A stretch of DNA of 64,000 nucleotides from Felis catus (Eukaryota): contig NC_058368.1 of assembly GCF_018350175.1 (NCBI RefSeq), positions 16,494,001 to 16,558,000 on the forward strand, written 5' to 3'. Below the pieces are notes generated by a model. The model did not search any database and was not told where the DNA came from. It saw only the letters and a list, made by a program, of their open reading frames with translations. Positions 13,101 through 26,850 of the stretch are shown here, in pieces; within the stretch, counting starts at the first letter, position 1; the number at the start of each line of letters is the position of its first letter. The position numbers and the translations under genes were made by a program.

Positions 13101-15308
13101 ATAGATTATCTGTCTGGTATGTAAGGCAGCTGTGAGATTCTGAAAATTGCTTAGGCATCAAGAGTAAGAAGATGTGCATTAAATCCAGCCTCAACCAGTT
13201 TTAGTTGTGTGCAAATGACAAAGTGGGCTAACTTCTCTGCTTTCCCTTTTCCCATGTTGAAATGTGGACATTTATTCAAGATATTTCTCATCTACAATAA
13301 GAACCGGAGACATATATATCAAAGCGTTTTCAAAGTTAACTCTCAGAGGATTGTGGTGCAGATGAAAAGTGAAAGCACCTTGAAATCTATAAATCAAGGA
13401 ATAACAGGAAGGGACCAGTGTTATGTGACAAGCCTAAGACTGTTCGGAGAAAGAGCAGATAACAGTCTTGTTCGGTTTTGCCACCTACATTTGCTTCTCC
13501 GCACATAAAAGCAGTCCCAATTATGGTGCTTGATTCATCAGAAAGGTAAAGTAGTCCTTTCCTAGCGGGACGGTTTTGCATGTGTGGACATCAAAGTTTA
13601 GTACATGCACTTTCTGTTACTGTAAACTTAAGCCGGGTATCTCCTAAGATGGCATGTGATCCCTTTTGTGCACTGCTACAGATAAATCGTAAATAACTAA
13701 TTAGTGTTATATGCCTCTTCGATGAGAAACTGGAAAATCTGCTTCAACTCCTAAGGAGCCATCAAACAAATGGCAAGTGTAAATCACCACCACCTTGGGC
13801 TAGGTTTAATCGCTAGAGTAAGTAGGGAGTTATCATTACTAACTTCTAGATAGTTTAGTTCATAAAAATCTTTTTTTTTTTAATTTTCACATAGTGAGAC
13901 AGTCATATATTTCCTTCTCCTTTGCTTGCTAAGGCAGTATGGGTTTTTCTAATACATTGGTGAAGATTTTTGCATTTATAATGTTTTTGATGGGACGTAA
14001 TATTCCTTTCTCATGCTGCCTTCTTCTGGTTTTGATGCCAAAATTATAGGAGTCTCATAGAATTAGAAATGTTTTTGAAAGATTGGAATAAGATGATATT
14101 CTTTGAGTGGTAGAACTCACCTGTTTTCTTGCATCATTCTTTCTTAAATATATTAACCTTTTTTTGTCTATCATATTAACTTCAAATATGTTTCCAAGTT
14201 TCAGTTTCTGTGTGAATTTTTACTATAAAAATTGTTAACTGTTAGTTTCGTATCGCTAATCAAATCTAGAATTTCAGTGTAGCCCAAGTACTAATTCATC
14301 CAAATAGGTCACCAATCTATGAGAATATATACATGCACACTGGGGTTTGTAAAGGCTACCTGTCTGCTTTACTTGAAAGCTCAGAAAATCTTGTCCACAT
14401 GCAAACTCCTAGCCCTCATAAGAGATTTAATACTCACACTATATTTTAAATTAATTGCAATATTACTCATTTCGTCCATGTGGAATTCAGTTGTTATTTT
14501 ATGTGTGTTTATCCCTTGATAGATTTTAAGTCTATTAAATATCACTGTGATGACTGTACAGGATTTTAATTAAAAATACACTGTTATTTACTTTATTGCA
14601 TCCCTTTTGAATACATGAAAGAATGAGGGATTAAATACGAATATCGGTCTTCTTTGGTTCTGCTTTTGCTAAACATCGCTTAATTGCTTTCCAAAAGGAT
14701 TCAGTTTCAGCAAAAATAAAAAGTGCTTGTCTCACTAGTATCAATGGAGTATAAAATATAGAAGACTACATAACTGCCTTACTGTCCTTTGCTGATTTAT
14801 CATTTAGTATTTAAATTATTTTTATTGATTTTGATCACATTTTGTAAGTTCCACTTTTCTATATATTTTTTATTTTATGGTTTTATTCAAAATACACCAA
14901 GGAATACATACTATTAAATTATTACAGAGATAACTGTGAAATAAAACAAATCTTTCAGAGGTTACAAATCACACCAAGGTTAGTCTTCATTTTTTCTGTT
15001 TTATATTTTTCTTCCTTAGTTTTGTTTAAAGTGTGCTGCACATGAATGTCAAGTCCTGTGATTTTAGGTTCCAATGAAAGCTCCGTGGAGTAAAATATGT
15101 CTTAGTTTCTGTTAAATTTAAACAAACATTATCAAGCTTGCCTGTAATTGTCAAGTGGCCTGGGGCTCTTAGGACCATGGGGAATATAGCAGTAGATGAT
15201 GCCCTCCAGGTTGGATGGGGCATGGTGACAGTTATGTAGGACCAAACGACTTGAATCTTCATATCTTAATCCACTTTGACTGATGCATATTAAATACAGG
15301 GAAAGCGA

Positions 15309-15541
15309 GGGGCGCCAGGGTGGCTCAGTCGGTTGGGTGTCTGACTTCAGCTCAGATGCCTCGGGCTCAAGTCTGATCTCACAGTTCGTGGGTTCAAGCT
15401 CCACCACCGGCTCTGTGCTGCCAGCTCAGAGCCTGGAACCCGCTTCAGATTCTGTGTCTCCTTCTCTCTCTGACTCTCCCCCACTCACACTCTGTCTCAC
15501 TCTCTCTCTCTCTCAAAAATAAATAAACATTAAAAAAAAAA
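15309..15541 (+). mobile_element. Can-SINE
   Basis: ggggcgccagggtggctcagtcgg...; imperfect TSD ttaaata..ggaaag. Confidence 0.9.
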
Positions 15542-16704
15542 GTTAAATAGAAGGAAAGTGGAAGTACAGGAGTAAGGTCTCACCAATCTAATATGGCAAT
15601 ATACCATTGTACGCTATTAATACTTAAATTTGTTTGAAGAATTTATGCTACAAGCAGAACATTCACTCTCAGAGGCTCTTCTCAGTCACAGCACCTATTA
15701 AACAGGAAAGATCATAAAAAATGCCACACAGGCCTTTTTTTGGCAAGTGAGCCATGAGCAGAATTACGTGGATCATGTGTCTTGGTGAAAAACCATGCTG
15801 GTCCAAAATGCCAGAAAGGCAACCAAAATGGTTCCCGTAAATGAGGAGAAGCAAAGTGGACACGGAGCCAACAGCTGAAGCTAAGAAGACATGAGAGGCT
15901 GGAAGTTAGCAGGGCCTTGCAGGGTCCTAGGTCTGAATGCCTGGCAGTTGCGATTGGTTACAACTGGGCGTGTGGCTGGACGCATTGCCTTAAAAGGGGC
16001 AGAGGAGATAAGGCTGAGGAGCCAGGTGCCCTTGGCTCCTGCACCATCAGTGTGATGGCCTCCAGCACGTCACCAGCTTCACTTTTAGAGTTAAGCCTTT
16101 TGACTCACAGGATCCTGTGACCTTAACACGAAGGTGCTTTGACAGAGTTGGTATGATTTACAGTGTAAGGAGGAGAAAATAAGCTTTACTTCTATAATAT
16201 TTAAAAATTAAGATAAAGATAATTACTACAATTGTTTTAATTTTTCAGTTAATAATGGGAAGTTAAATTGAAGAATACTAAATGCAATTTTAGATTTAAT
16301 TTATGAATACTAAAAGAATTGGCCTATCGAGTGGGTGTAAGGTTCCTAAATTTTATGTCCCTTTCATTGATTTTTAGAATAGCAAAATTGAATACTCCCA
16401 AGAAACAACTCTATATTTATACCCAACCTGCCCATATATTTAATAATTTCCTTCCATTGGCTGCCTTTTGTTGTGGTGGTGTGCACAAGTATTATGATCT
16501 TTGAGACAAGCATTGACTTTTTCCTGTTACAATAGCTATACATCCTTATTGCTTAAAGATTTTTAAAATGTCGAAAGTACTTATTTCAAAAGTACAAAAG
16601 AAGTACTTTGTCAAAAAGTACAAAGAAATACTTTTTTGTCAAAAGTACAAAAGAAGAAAACAAAAACGCACCCTAAATCACACTGACCAGAGATATATGT
16701 TGTC

Positions 16705-16726
16705 CATATATATACATATACATATA

Positions 16727-16758
<32 letters not shown>

Positions 16759-16874
16759 CACATACACATACACAGATATATATAGGAAAGAAAATATATA
16801 TATTATGGAATATATGCATTCCAGAAAATTGGAAGTTGTCTCTCTCTCTCTGTATATGTATGTATATATGTATA

Positions 16875-16917
<43 letters not shown>
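16705..16917. repeat. Compound (TA)/(TG)/(CG) microsatellites
   Basis: Direct inspection. Confidence 0.9.
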
Positions 16918-16919
<2 letters not shown>

Positions 16920-19900
16920 TAGAATATTATGGCATTTATATATTCTAGAAGTGTACTTTAAAATTTTTTAACAATTACAGGCTTTTAGGGAAATATTGCA
17001 ATCACTGGAAGTAAATCTGCATGCTTTACATGTAACTTTGACTTTTTGACTTCTCAGGATGTGGTGAGGGTCCTCAGAATGCTATACATCATTTAAAATC
17101 CTACAGAGCACTGTGGTGAAATAGAGACCAAATTAAAAAAAATCCTCCCAGCAAATTTCCTAACAAAGATGTTAATAATCTTGTTTTCATTCTGAAAATG
17201 ATCTGAGTATTTTACCTTAATTAAGGCTTGCAGCTCTTTGATGTTCCATTTTATCTTGCCAGATTGTTCTCTGGTTAGTTTATTTTCATGAGTGATGATG
17301 GAGATTTTTAATCTGCCATAGTCATCCATCTACCATCAATTTGACAAACTGTTACTTAATACCAATGATGTACATAGTATTATGTAGCCGGTAGAAGAAA
17401 ATAAGACCAGGATTTTATTTGGTTGGGACAGTAGTTTATCCCCAAGAAATACACTGGTATTTATAAATTTGAGAAGAAAAGTGAACTACCAAGACCATCC
17501 CCATACAACAACAAAATGAAAAGTGACTTTGTTGTAAAAGACTCAAATGCAACATCAACAGCCAGTATGAGTTTTTATACGTATATAGTAGTTATCACAT
17601 GATGAAACAAATTAGAGAGAAAAAAAGCTTCACTAAAAAGAATTAGCAAATTAAATTGGAACACAACATGCTTTATCAATATCACACAATCTATTTGTAT
17701 CGCTAAGCATCTAGGTAGGATAAGGCCATAAAACCCTAGTCTTTCAAGATTAAAAATAAAGCTATAAAACTAAGCAGTGCTACCAAAATAACTTGTTTTT
17801 TAAAACTTCTTCTCTGAGATTGCATAAAAATAACTAAATTAACACTTGGGAAAAATCTGGAAATTGACAGTGTGAAGCTAATGAGAAAAGTCATGTCATC
17901 CATGTGGGCAGGGCTGTCTAGGTGAGAGAAAGTGATGGATGTCCTTCCTCCTCTGAATGGAGTGATGTCTTTATTCCACTCACAACTAAAGAAAATACCA
18001 CTTAGATTTTTGACTGGGTGTTGAAAAAGGCACATGTAAAGGGAAAGAATCATTTCTTTTCTTTCCTCCACTGAGTTCCTTTAGCAGTGAACTTGGATCT
18101 TGAGATGTAAGAAAGACCTTCAGTAATTTATGAGTTCTGTAGCAACCTCTATTTTAAATGTGTCAAAAATAGATATATATTAGGATGCATGGAGGGACAA
18201 CATTTTACTAGAAGAAGAAAACAGTGGGGATTAATTCCTCATTTCTCATGCCTCAGGTGAAATATACAGAAGGAGCGAAAGTCAAAACAGACTCCCACTA
18301 CAGAGCCAGTTACAGTATGAAAAATGACCTTCTCCTGCTTTCGGATCAGATTTTCTGTAACAAATGGAATGTATTAGCATCACAGTCATCTAAAAATATC
18401 ATTGTTGTCATTTTGCTATAAAGTAAAAAAATGATCCAAAAAGTATAGATCATACTGGTTTTTAAATGTTTGTTTGCTTTTTTTTTTTTTGATAAGTTTT
18501 AATCTGAATTAGGTGACCTATAAAAGATGCAATTGTACCAGGTAATAAAATCAGGTAAAAATCAACTAATTTCATGGAAACTTATAATTTTATAGTTTCT
18601 TAACAAAAGCTCTGCTAATACTGCAGAGTGCAGAAACTGTAGTCTACTGAAAAAATAAAAAAAATAAAGTATGTAACTAATTTTTAAGTTCATATCAGAT
18701 GTTTAAAACTATTACATATATTTTTAACGGCCTCAAATATTCACCAGATGGCAGTCTTTTCCTTAAATGTGGCCAAAAACAAATTTGATCTGCTTTATTT
18801 CATCTATTAAAAGAGACAAGTGACTTAGGTGAGCAGATAGCCTGCATTTATCTGACAATGTTAAATTTTAGTGCCTTCTGAAAACATACCCCTTAAAATA
18901 TCCCTAAGGAAATCTGTTTATTCTTCTAAGGGATCACCTCCGATCATTTTCCTCTATCATAATTTTTTCCTTTCCTTTTTCCTTATTCAGAGTGAAACTA
19001 CATTTTATTTGATATATAATAACTTATTTATATTTATTTAGACTTAATTGTGGTTTTATAAGCATGGTCCTTTTCCTCTCTCCTGACTTCTAGACCTCTC
19101 TGAAATAAGGGTCAAACTTCTTGGCTCGACCCAACCTCTCCTAGCTTCACAGCCCTCCTAACCATTATGGGGATATCCAGGAAGTCTTTCCCAAGAAATT
19201 TCATTACCAGAATTTAATCAGTTTGACTCCAGTGATCTACATCAGCATCTTTGAAACCTCATCATAACCTAGATATAGGATACAAATGTGAATCTTTAGA
19301 CATTGGTCAAATTGGCATGTTTGGTTCTTGAATGATGATGCTTCTTGGGCATGATGATGATGATAATGATATTACATCAAATGTAAATACATTAGGCAGT
19401 TCATGTGAAGTATTTCTAATTTCTAATTCTCATAATAATTGTGAGAGGTACCCCTTACCATTTTCTGCTTCATGTGAAAAACTCACCCTTGGGTCACACA
19501 AGCAGGAAGGGATGGAGGGAGGTGGGACTTGAATTCTTCTCCATCTGATTCCAAACCATGGAATATTTCCTCTTACGCAAAACAAGCCTTAAAACATGTA
19601 TTTATATTTGCATGTGTTTCCTTATTCCACAAAATATTTAAGGTAGAATTAAAGTGATGTGTATGACAAATATTTCTATTTGTTTCTAAACAAAACCTGA
19701 ATTTTAAGCCTGGCTTAAGAACAGATATTCTCAGTAATTTTTGGCAAGTTTCCTGAACTCTACGCTTCATTTTTCTCATACCTGTACCAGGTGATGTTTC
19801 CAGGAGTCAGTTTGTGTATGTGTGTATAGGTGGTGGGGGTGAGGATTATATCAGAATGCCCCTTAATTCCCCCTAATTTCAAAGTTAGACATTGATTTTT

Positions 19901-20882
19901 TTTTTTTTTTTTTTTTTGGTTCAGAGGATCAGGCAGCCTAGATCACTGTTAAGTAGAACATGGTATGGTAATGAAAAATTCATCCTAAACAGGTGCTTCT
20001 AGGACATCTGACTTAATGAATACTACCTGCAAGTCAGGCATTAAGTTTAGGCTGAAAAGTACTAAATGGAATATACTTAAAGTGTACTTTTCTAAGACTG
20101 GTAATTTAAAGTCAGGCCAGAAGAAGCAAAGGTCCTCAGATGATAAAGGATTAATGGGTTCTGATATTCTAGAATAAAGTATACAAGAGAGGTATGAGTT
20201 AGCAACATTTAATATGTACTTATCGAATAAAATTTTTAAAAATTTAAGCATTTCATAGGTAGAACTAATAGTTGTATCTGCACAAAGCAAAAATATTTTA
20301 TTTTGATTCCATTTAGAGTGAAGAGTATATCATACACAAAAAAATTCATCTCATATGACAATGTGTTTTAGACTTCCCCAAATCCACTGAGTATTTATAC
20401 GCTTTACTTTGGAAATACAATGGTACTAGTTCCTTCTTTCATTAATGTTAAGTTTCTTCAATATTTGTGTCTTGCAAAGTCTCAAATGGGTATTTCTTCA
20501 AAGTTAGGGGCACTATTCCTTTACGTTCCCAAAACTGCAGATGTAAAAGCAATTCAAAAATCCATATTGTACAGAAAACAAAATAGATGAGGATGCATAT
20601 TATGTATTATTTACTTTTTATTCATCTCAAAGTGGCAGTTGATTGCTGGATTAGATTTCTTTAGGTCAAGGGTTTCTTTGTGATCGTATACTTTTTAAAG
20701 TTTTTTACTTTGTGATCATATTTTAATAATATTTCGGTCACCGTAGGCAGCCAAGCAAACCTTAAAAATAACAGCCCTCCAGGAGAAAATACATGATTGC
20801 TTTATTGAAACTTTGTTCACCCAAACCATTCTGCTAACTTTATTCTGTCTTTTCATCTTGAATTGTTCTCCTGTTGCTCTGC

Positions 20883-21371
20883 TGTGGGGAAATAGGTTCT
20901 ACTTACAGAAATGGGTTAGAAAAAATTTAGGGAAGAAAGCCGCCACCACGGGGTGAAAGCACCCGAGGTGTGCTAGCGAGATATTGTAATGGGATCACGA
21001 GTAACTTGTTATATCACCTTCAGGAAATTACTTTCCATATGACATCAATATACAATTGTACATCTATCGCAAACTTCACTTGTCCCCCAGACCCTTTGCT
21101 TCTTACGTACACAAGTCAATGATTACTGTCTGATTGTTTTCTCCACGTTCACATATGTACGATCATTTTCTTCACATTCACCACGTGGGTAATATCTTGT
21201 TTTTCATGTTCACCACGTGGGTAATATCTTGTAAGCTCAATAAATATAAATATGGAGACGAAACCCCTGTTCAGGGCTCTTGTCTCCTCCTGGACAGTAG
21301 CTTCCCTCGTATTCAATTCGACATCTGCTCTCTTGCTGGACAAGAGAGAACTCCAGACTCAGTCTGTGACA
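20883..21371 (+). mobile_element. Solo endogenous retroviral LTR, class II (betaretrovirus-like) by TSD length
   Basis: Starts TGTGGGGAAA, ends TGTGACA; perfect 6-bp TSD CTCTGC (20877-20882, 21372-21377); AATAAA 21239-21244, TATAAA 21245-21250; CpG-richer than flanks. Confidence 0.8.
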
Positions 21372-21581
21372 CTCTGCTACAGCAGAGTTGAAGAAGGAGC
21401 AGAAGCCAGTGATTCTACATCAAGAATAATATGGTGGTTCTATATTCCCTGGGCTTAGCACAAATAATAAATACCATAGGGTGAACTATACCAGATAACC
21501 TTTAGAATATCTTCCAAACCTAAACAACTATCTGTGATTTTAAGAAAAACAGTTCCATTTTCCATTAGTTTTATTATAAAG

Positions 21582-21632
21582 GTGTGTGTGTGTGCACACA
21601 CAAATGTGTGTGTGTGTGTGTGTGTGTGTGTA
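21582..21632. repeat. Interrupted (TG)n microsatellite
   Basis: Direct inspection. Confidence 0.9.
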
Positions 21633-22067
21633 TACACATGTACACACACTGCTGGGTATTGTGAAATTCACCAAGAAGGGAAAAGTGATACATATTTTCA
21701 ACATAATATTTTAAGCAGCAGAATGAATATTTTAAGCAGCTATCATGGTAGCAAATGAGAGGGACATTTTGTTCCATCAGAGTTTCACAATTTGTCTCAC
21801 ACATGAATGGGGAAAAGGATTTGTGTTGTCTGCAAAATAACTTCCTCCAGTCTGGGAGGCGGGGTCTATCTCTGCACACTCCACCATCAGGTTCAGAGAC
21901 AAGCTCGTCTCTGAGCCCTCAACCTCTGTGTCCAGCCACGCACAGGGTGAAGCTGTGATGGGTGCTACTTGACTAGTCATCTTCTACACTCCTGTGAATA
22001 TGCCCCTCTCACCTCTTCCCAGAGATTTCTCAGTGCGCTCGCACTACTCCCTCATTACTGCCAATCA

Positions 22068-22078
22068 TTTTTAAGGTA

Positions 22079-22123
<45 letters not shown>

Positions 22124-22149
22124 TGTGTGTGTGTGTGTGTGACAGAGAG

Positions 22150-22194
<45 letters not shown>

Positions 22195-22352
22195 AAGGGG
22201 GGAGGGCCAGAGAGAGAGAAGGAGACCGAGAATCCCCAGCAGGCTCCGCACTGTCAGTGCCTAGCCCAAGGCAAGGCTCGAACTCAAGAAACTTGAGATC
22301 ATGACCAGAGCCAAAGTCTGACACTTAACTGACTGAGCCACCCAGGCAACCT
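22068..22352 (-). mobile_element. Can-SINE carrying long (TG)n(GA)n compound microsatellite
   Basis: SINE body 22190-22352; (GA)n 22143-22191; (TG)n 22081-22141. Confidence 0.9.
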
Positions 22353-23977
22353 CACTGCAGATCTTTTCCTGTGATAATTTAGGGGGAATTGAGGACATCA
22401 TATAACCAGTTTTGTTAAATCATTAACTTCAAAGCATTTAAAATTGGATTAGGACCCCAGTATGAAGGAATTTCTGGATGCTTCTCTGGAGTCAGGACAT
22501 AGATCTTTCTATGTTGCTCAAAGATCAAGTTGTACTCCTAGATTACACCATGTTCTAATGGGCTGGCTGAGCTTGCTGGATATCTGATGGCCAAAGTAAC
22601 CAGGCACTTTGGCACAGAAAGAGTAAAGACCATGAAAACAGAAAAACCAACTCTCAGATCTCCCTTGGGAAAATTATTCATCTTCTCTGAGCTTCAATTT
22701 CCTGATATACAAGACAACAATGTAAAATGGTCTTAAGAGAATGCCTGGTACATTGAAATGCCCAATTACTGTTAACAATTTGTATGGTTATTCTTTGATC
22801 TACAACCACCATAGTAAAATGTAATAGAAATTTACAATGCATCTGAACCTATTTGCTTTCTCAAATTACATATTGGTTTTGAGGAAAATTATCCAACACA
22901 CTGCTAACTGAGGATTCACTGACATTTTGAGCAGGGGGTAATACCATAACATAAAGTCTAAATAAATGCATCATTATTTCTAATTTATACTTTATTCATC
23001 ATGGTATTACTGTATTCAAAATTCACACTTATTTTGATGATACTAAAATTGCTTCACAAGTAAGCCTGTATCTCCAAATCAAACAAATCTATGTACTTCC
23101 CCTAGGAAAATCCAGATACCAAGGAGAAATGGCATAATTAGGTTACACATGAGGGGTGAGGTTCCTGCAAAGTTAAATCCACTCCACTCACTCATGATCT
23201 CATTTAAGGGGGAAAAAGCTGTGGATTTAGTTGGTAAATTTGCAATTATGAATTTTTCTTATCTTGCAAAAACCACCCATTCCTTCTGGTTGGTTTGAGC
23301 ATTCTCTCAGAAGGCTATATTCTGTAAACTGGCTCTCATAGGCTGCAGACTCACAGTTTAGAATTATTGTCAAGTGTTTCTAATACATGATTCAAACAAC
23401 AGTGACTTGGAACATTGATATATCTAGAAGTTAATTGATCTAGAAAATTACTGCAGAAAGAAAAAATTGTAGTAATGAAAATGAGAGTACTCTTTCTTCC
23501 CAACTGCTTGAAAAATTGGTTCTTAAACATTTAAAATTCCACACTACTTAAATCCTCATTTTATTGTGCTTCAGATATTACAGCAATAAAATTTTACTTA
23601 CCTTGCGTCTTACCGGTGAATAAGTAAATATAGTAGGTTGGAAAAGGAGGTATTTTTAAAACAGCTATGAGAAGTTCTAATCATATTTTTTTTATAATTC
23701 CCAATTATATTGACACCTTATCTATTTGGTTAATTATAATTGTTAAATGACTCACTGTTATTCCTTAGTGATTAATTTTTCAAATCACTATAATTAATTA
23801 AAGTCAATGAATATATGACTTACTGAGACATCATGTTATTATTTTTAGATTTAATCACAACATTTTTAATGGATTTGGGGGGGGGGTAATAAAAATGGTT
23901 CCAAAGAAAGCTTTTCACCAAAACTCACATTTGAAAGATCAATTTCAATCTCTCTTATTTTTTTAAATAAGTTCTGA

Positions 23978-24193
23978 ATTTTTAAAATGTTATTTTTATT
24001 AATTTTTTGAGGGACAGAAACAGAGTACGAGTGGGAGAGGGGCTGGGAGTGAGGGACACACAGAATTGGAAGCAGACTCCAGGCCATGAGCTGTCAGCAC
24101 AGAGCCCAGTGCAGGGCTTGAACCCATGAACCACAAGACAATGAACTGAGCCGAAGTCAGACGCTTAACTGACTGAGCCACCCAGGCGCCCCT
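23978..24193 (-). mobile_element. Can-SINE
   Basis: Head GGGGCGCCTGGGTGGCTCAGTCAGTTAAGCG on minus; ctctcttatttt on both flanks. Confidence 0.9.
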
Positions 24194-26659
24194 CAGTCCT
24201 CTCTTATTTTAACATAAACTCACTCTTCAGGCCAGCACTAACCCTTCACAATGCATTTGCTTTGGGGAATATGTAGTCTCTTCAATGAACATACGTATTT
24301 TTAATGAAATTAAATGTAATAAACATAAAATGATCTAATGGTACCAAGGTGGAGGGACTTACTGAGCTCTCCTAATGCTAGGTACTTCAGTGTGTTAACT
24401 AATGTTTCCAACTACTTGCTGAGTAAGGACTATAATCCTCCTTTTATGTATGAGCAAGTCAAGGCCCTAAAACCTAAAGGATCTGCCTGAGATTATAAAA
24501 CAGGATTTATATCCAACTCTTTCTCTCTCTTGATTCTCTTCACTATATTTCACTCCTCTGTCCGAAAGCAGAGAATAAGGGCTCCATTTTGTGTACCTTT
24601 ACGGTGGAATGGAAATGTCTCAATGCTTGGAGTTTTGTTTAATTGTTTGAGGTTTTTTTTTTTTCCCCCACTTGATTTTTAGAAAAAGGCTAAAAGCCCT
24701 TTACTCTTGTGGGTTCCAAACATATTTAATGATGATGATGATGATTTGACTTTCATAGTAAGCATGGTATGCTGAAAGGGAAGAGTAGGGGCATGTGGCT
24801 CAAAGGGATTATTTATAATTGGCTGGTCCTCGAGAAGAATAAAATGTCAATGTAACTATGGAAGTTAAATGGTGCATTATTTTATGAGTCAGAATGACCA
24901 GTTAGCTTATGCTACATTGTCATATTAACAGTACACCATAGTCTGTCTTTTAAAAATTCTTCCATTTGGGACAGAATTATTCATATCTCTCATGATTGCC
25001 ATTTGCCCGCTGACTAAACACAATCTATGCTCCATGTTAGATTAGCTTTCAAACTCCCTGCTGTGGAATAATAAGAATCAATTTAATTTTTAGACTTCCA
25101 AAGTGCTTGTTAATAAAAATACTTTACATTGGTTACTACTTTACATCATAAAAAGACCTCAAATTGGTTACTACTTTACATATTAGGGGATAAATTTCAG
25201 CTTTTTCGTACTAATGGTAGATTTAGACAATATTGTAGGCAACCTTTCTGTTGACAGTCTAAATCAGAATAGAAAGTATAATTGATGATTTATCTACTAT
25301 GTCACACAACAGGGTAATAAGTATTTTTGAGGGAGAATGTCTTTAATACTTTACTGTATTTCTCTCTTGCCCACTTTTCCTCCCAATCTTGCTCTCCCTG
25401 AATTTTGATCATTCCTAAGATTACAGTTACATATATATGTAGGTTCACTTACTGTCAATATCCAAGCTGTAATAAAAACAAACAGAAAGGGTAACCTCAA
25501 TTGGTTAACTACCGAGGAAGGTAAATGTGTTCATTCTGTAAGGGGCAGCTCTGAAGACTAGGGCGTAGAGTGTCTTAGCATACATCTTCCTTTATCAGGC
25601 ATCACCTGAAGTTCATGGGACTGCAAGAAGGCAAATTACTTGTTCTAAAGCCCAATGAGGAAAATAAAATTAATGCAAGAGTTCAAAGTAAACTTTTCAG
25701 GGTGTCTATAGTCCTGAGGGAGAAAGCAAATGGTTTCTATCTGAGAATTTTAGATTTCTTTTAAGAATAAAGTTCTCTGCCCCGTAGCCAGAGATACACT
25801 TATTAGTACTGATGTCAACTGAGAAAACTATTCTTTATTTTTAGTCAGTGGGGCATATTTTGGGTTGGATGTATATTTGCATTAACATACTACTGCCAAT
25901 ATCCTATTTCAGACCCTGATTTTCAGATCGCATAATAGGCACTGTTTCTAAAGTCACAAGTTGTATTAGCAAATCTACTGAAATTATTTTTAAAAAGTTC
26001 CTCTACATGCACTGAAGTAGAAAGTCAAAGAGTGAACTGAATTAAATTCTCCTTTGCTCTCTCTGAGTAGGGTTTCCGATGATTGCATTTTTCAAATGAA
26101 AAAAAAAAAAGTCACGAACTCTAGAGGGTAAATTGCCAATGCTTAATTTCATCTTTGCCGCATATGTTGTGTCATTAACATATATACTTGTTAACAAGAA
26201 GGCAGATTATGGCATAATACAGTAATAACCGTATATTATGCTGTTATTATATGTTACCTTATAAAATACCTTTATGCAATTTGAACACCACCAGACTTTA
26301 AGAAGCAAGTAAATAAATACTGTGATTCTAACTAACAGCCAAGAAAACCAATGTGTGGAATGATTGGGAGATCTGTCCTCTTAGAGAGTGGTGAATGGGT
26401 CTGGAAGTCAGCATCTCTATCCCTCAGCCCTGCTCCTTCCCAGCACTTGATAGCTGCTAATGACTTTGTTATTCCTTAGTATTTATTGAGCATCCAAATG
26501 AGAAATGATATTCAAGACAGAGACACAGCCTGAGTATAGAGATCTAGAAACTCTTGTAAGTTTATCTAACTCATATCCCAAACTAGGATAATCAATGATG
26601 TAAATGATTCCCATTCAAATTGTTGTAGTGCCTATAACTGGGAAGCATATAGTTATCTT

Positions 26660-26850
26660 TCATGACTCCTGAGTTCCAGCACTGATATTTCCTGCTTTTG
26701 TGATCTGGAACATGTCAATTTTACCTTTTTATTCCTCCATTTCTCCATCTATAAAGGGGGATAACAATAGCACCTACCTTCATACAAAACTCTTACCACA
26801 GTTCTGGGCATAGTGACAGGCTTGATGAATATTGTCTAGCATTATTACTG
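26660..26850 (+). mobile_element. MIR fragment
   Basis: ttctccatctataaagggggataacaatagcacctacct core. Confidence 0.6.

Noticed and set aside
15660..16130. GC-richer patches (also 21830-22050, 44430-44760, 57470-57620, 59050-59250) as exons or promoters
   Set aside because: No recognisable peptide, splice pair or CpG island; probably old LTR/MaLR or other repeat remnants that I cannot name reliably.
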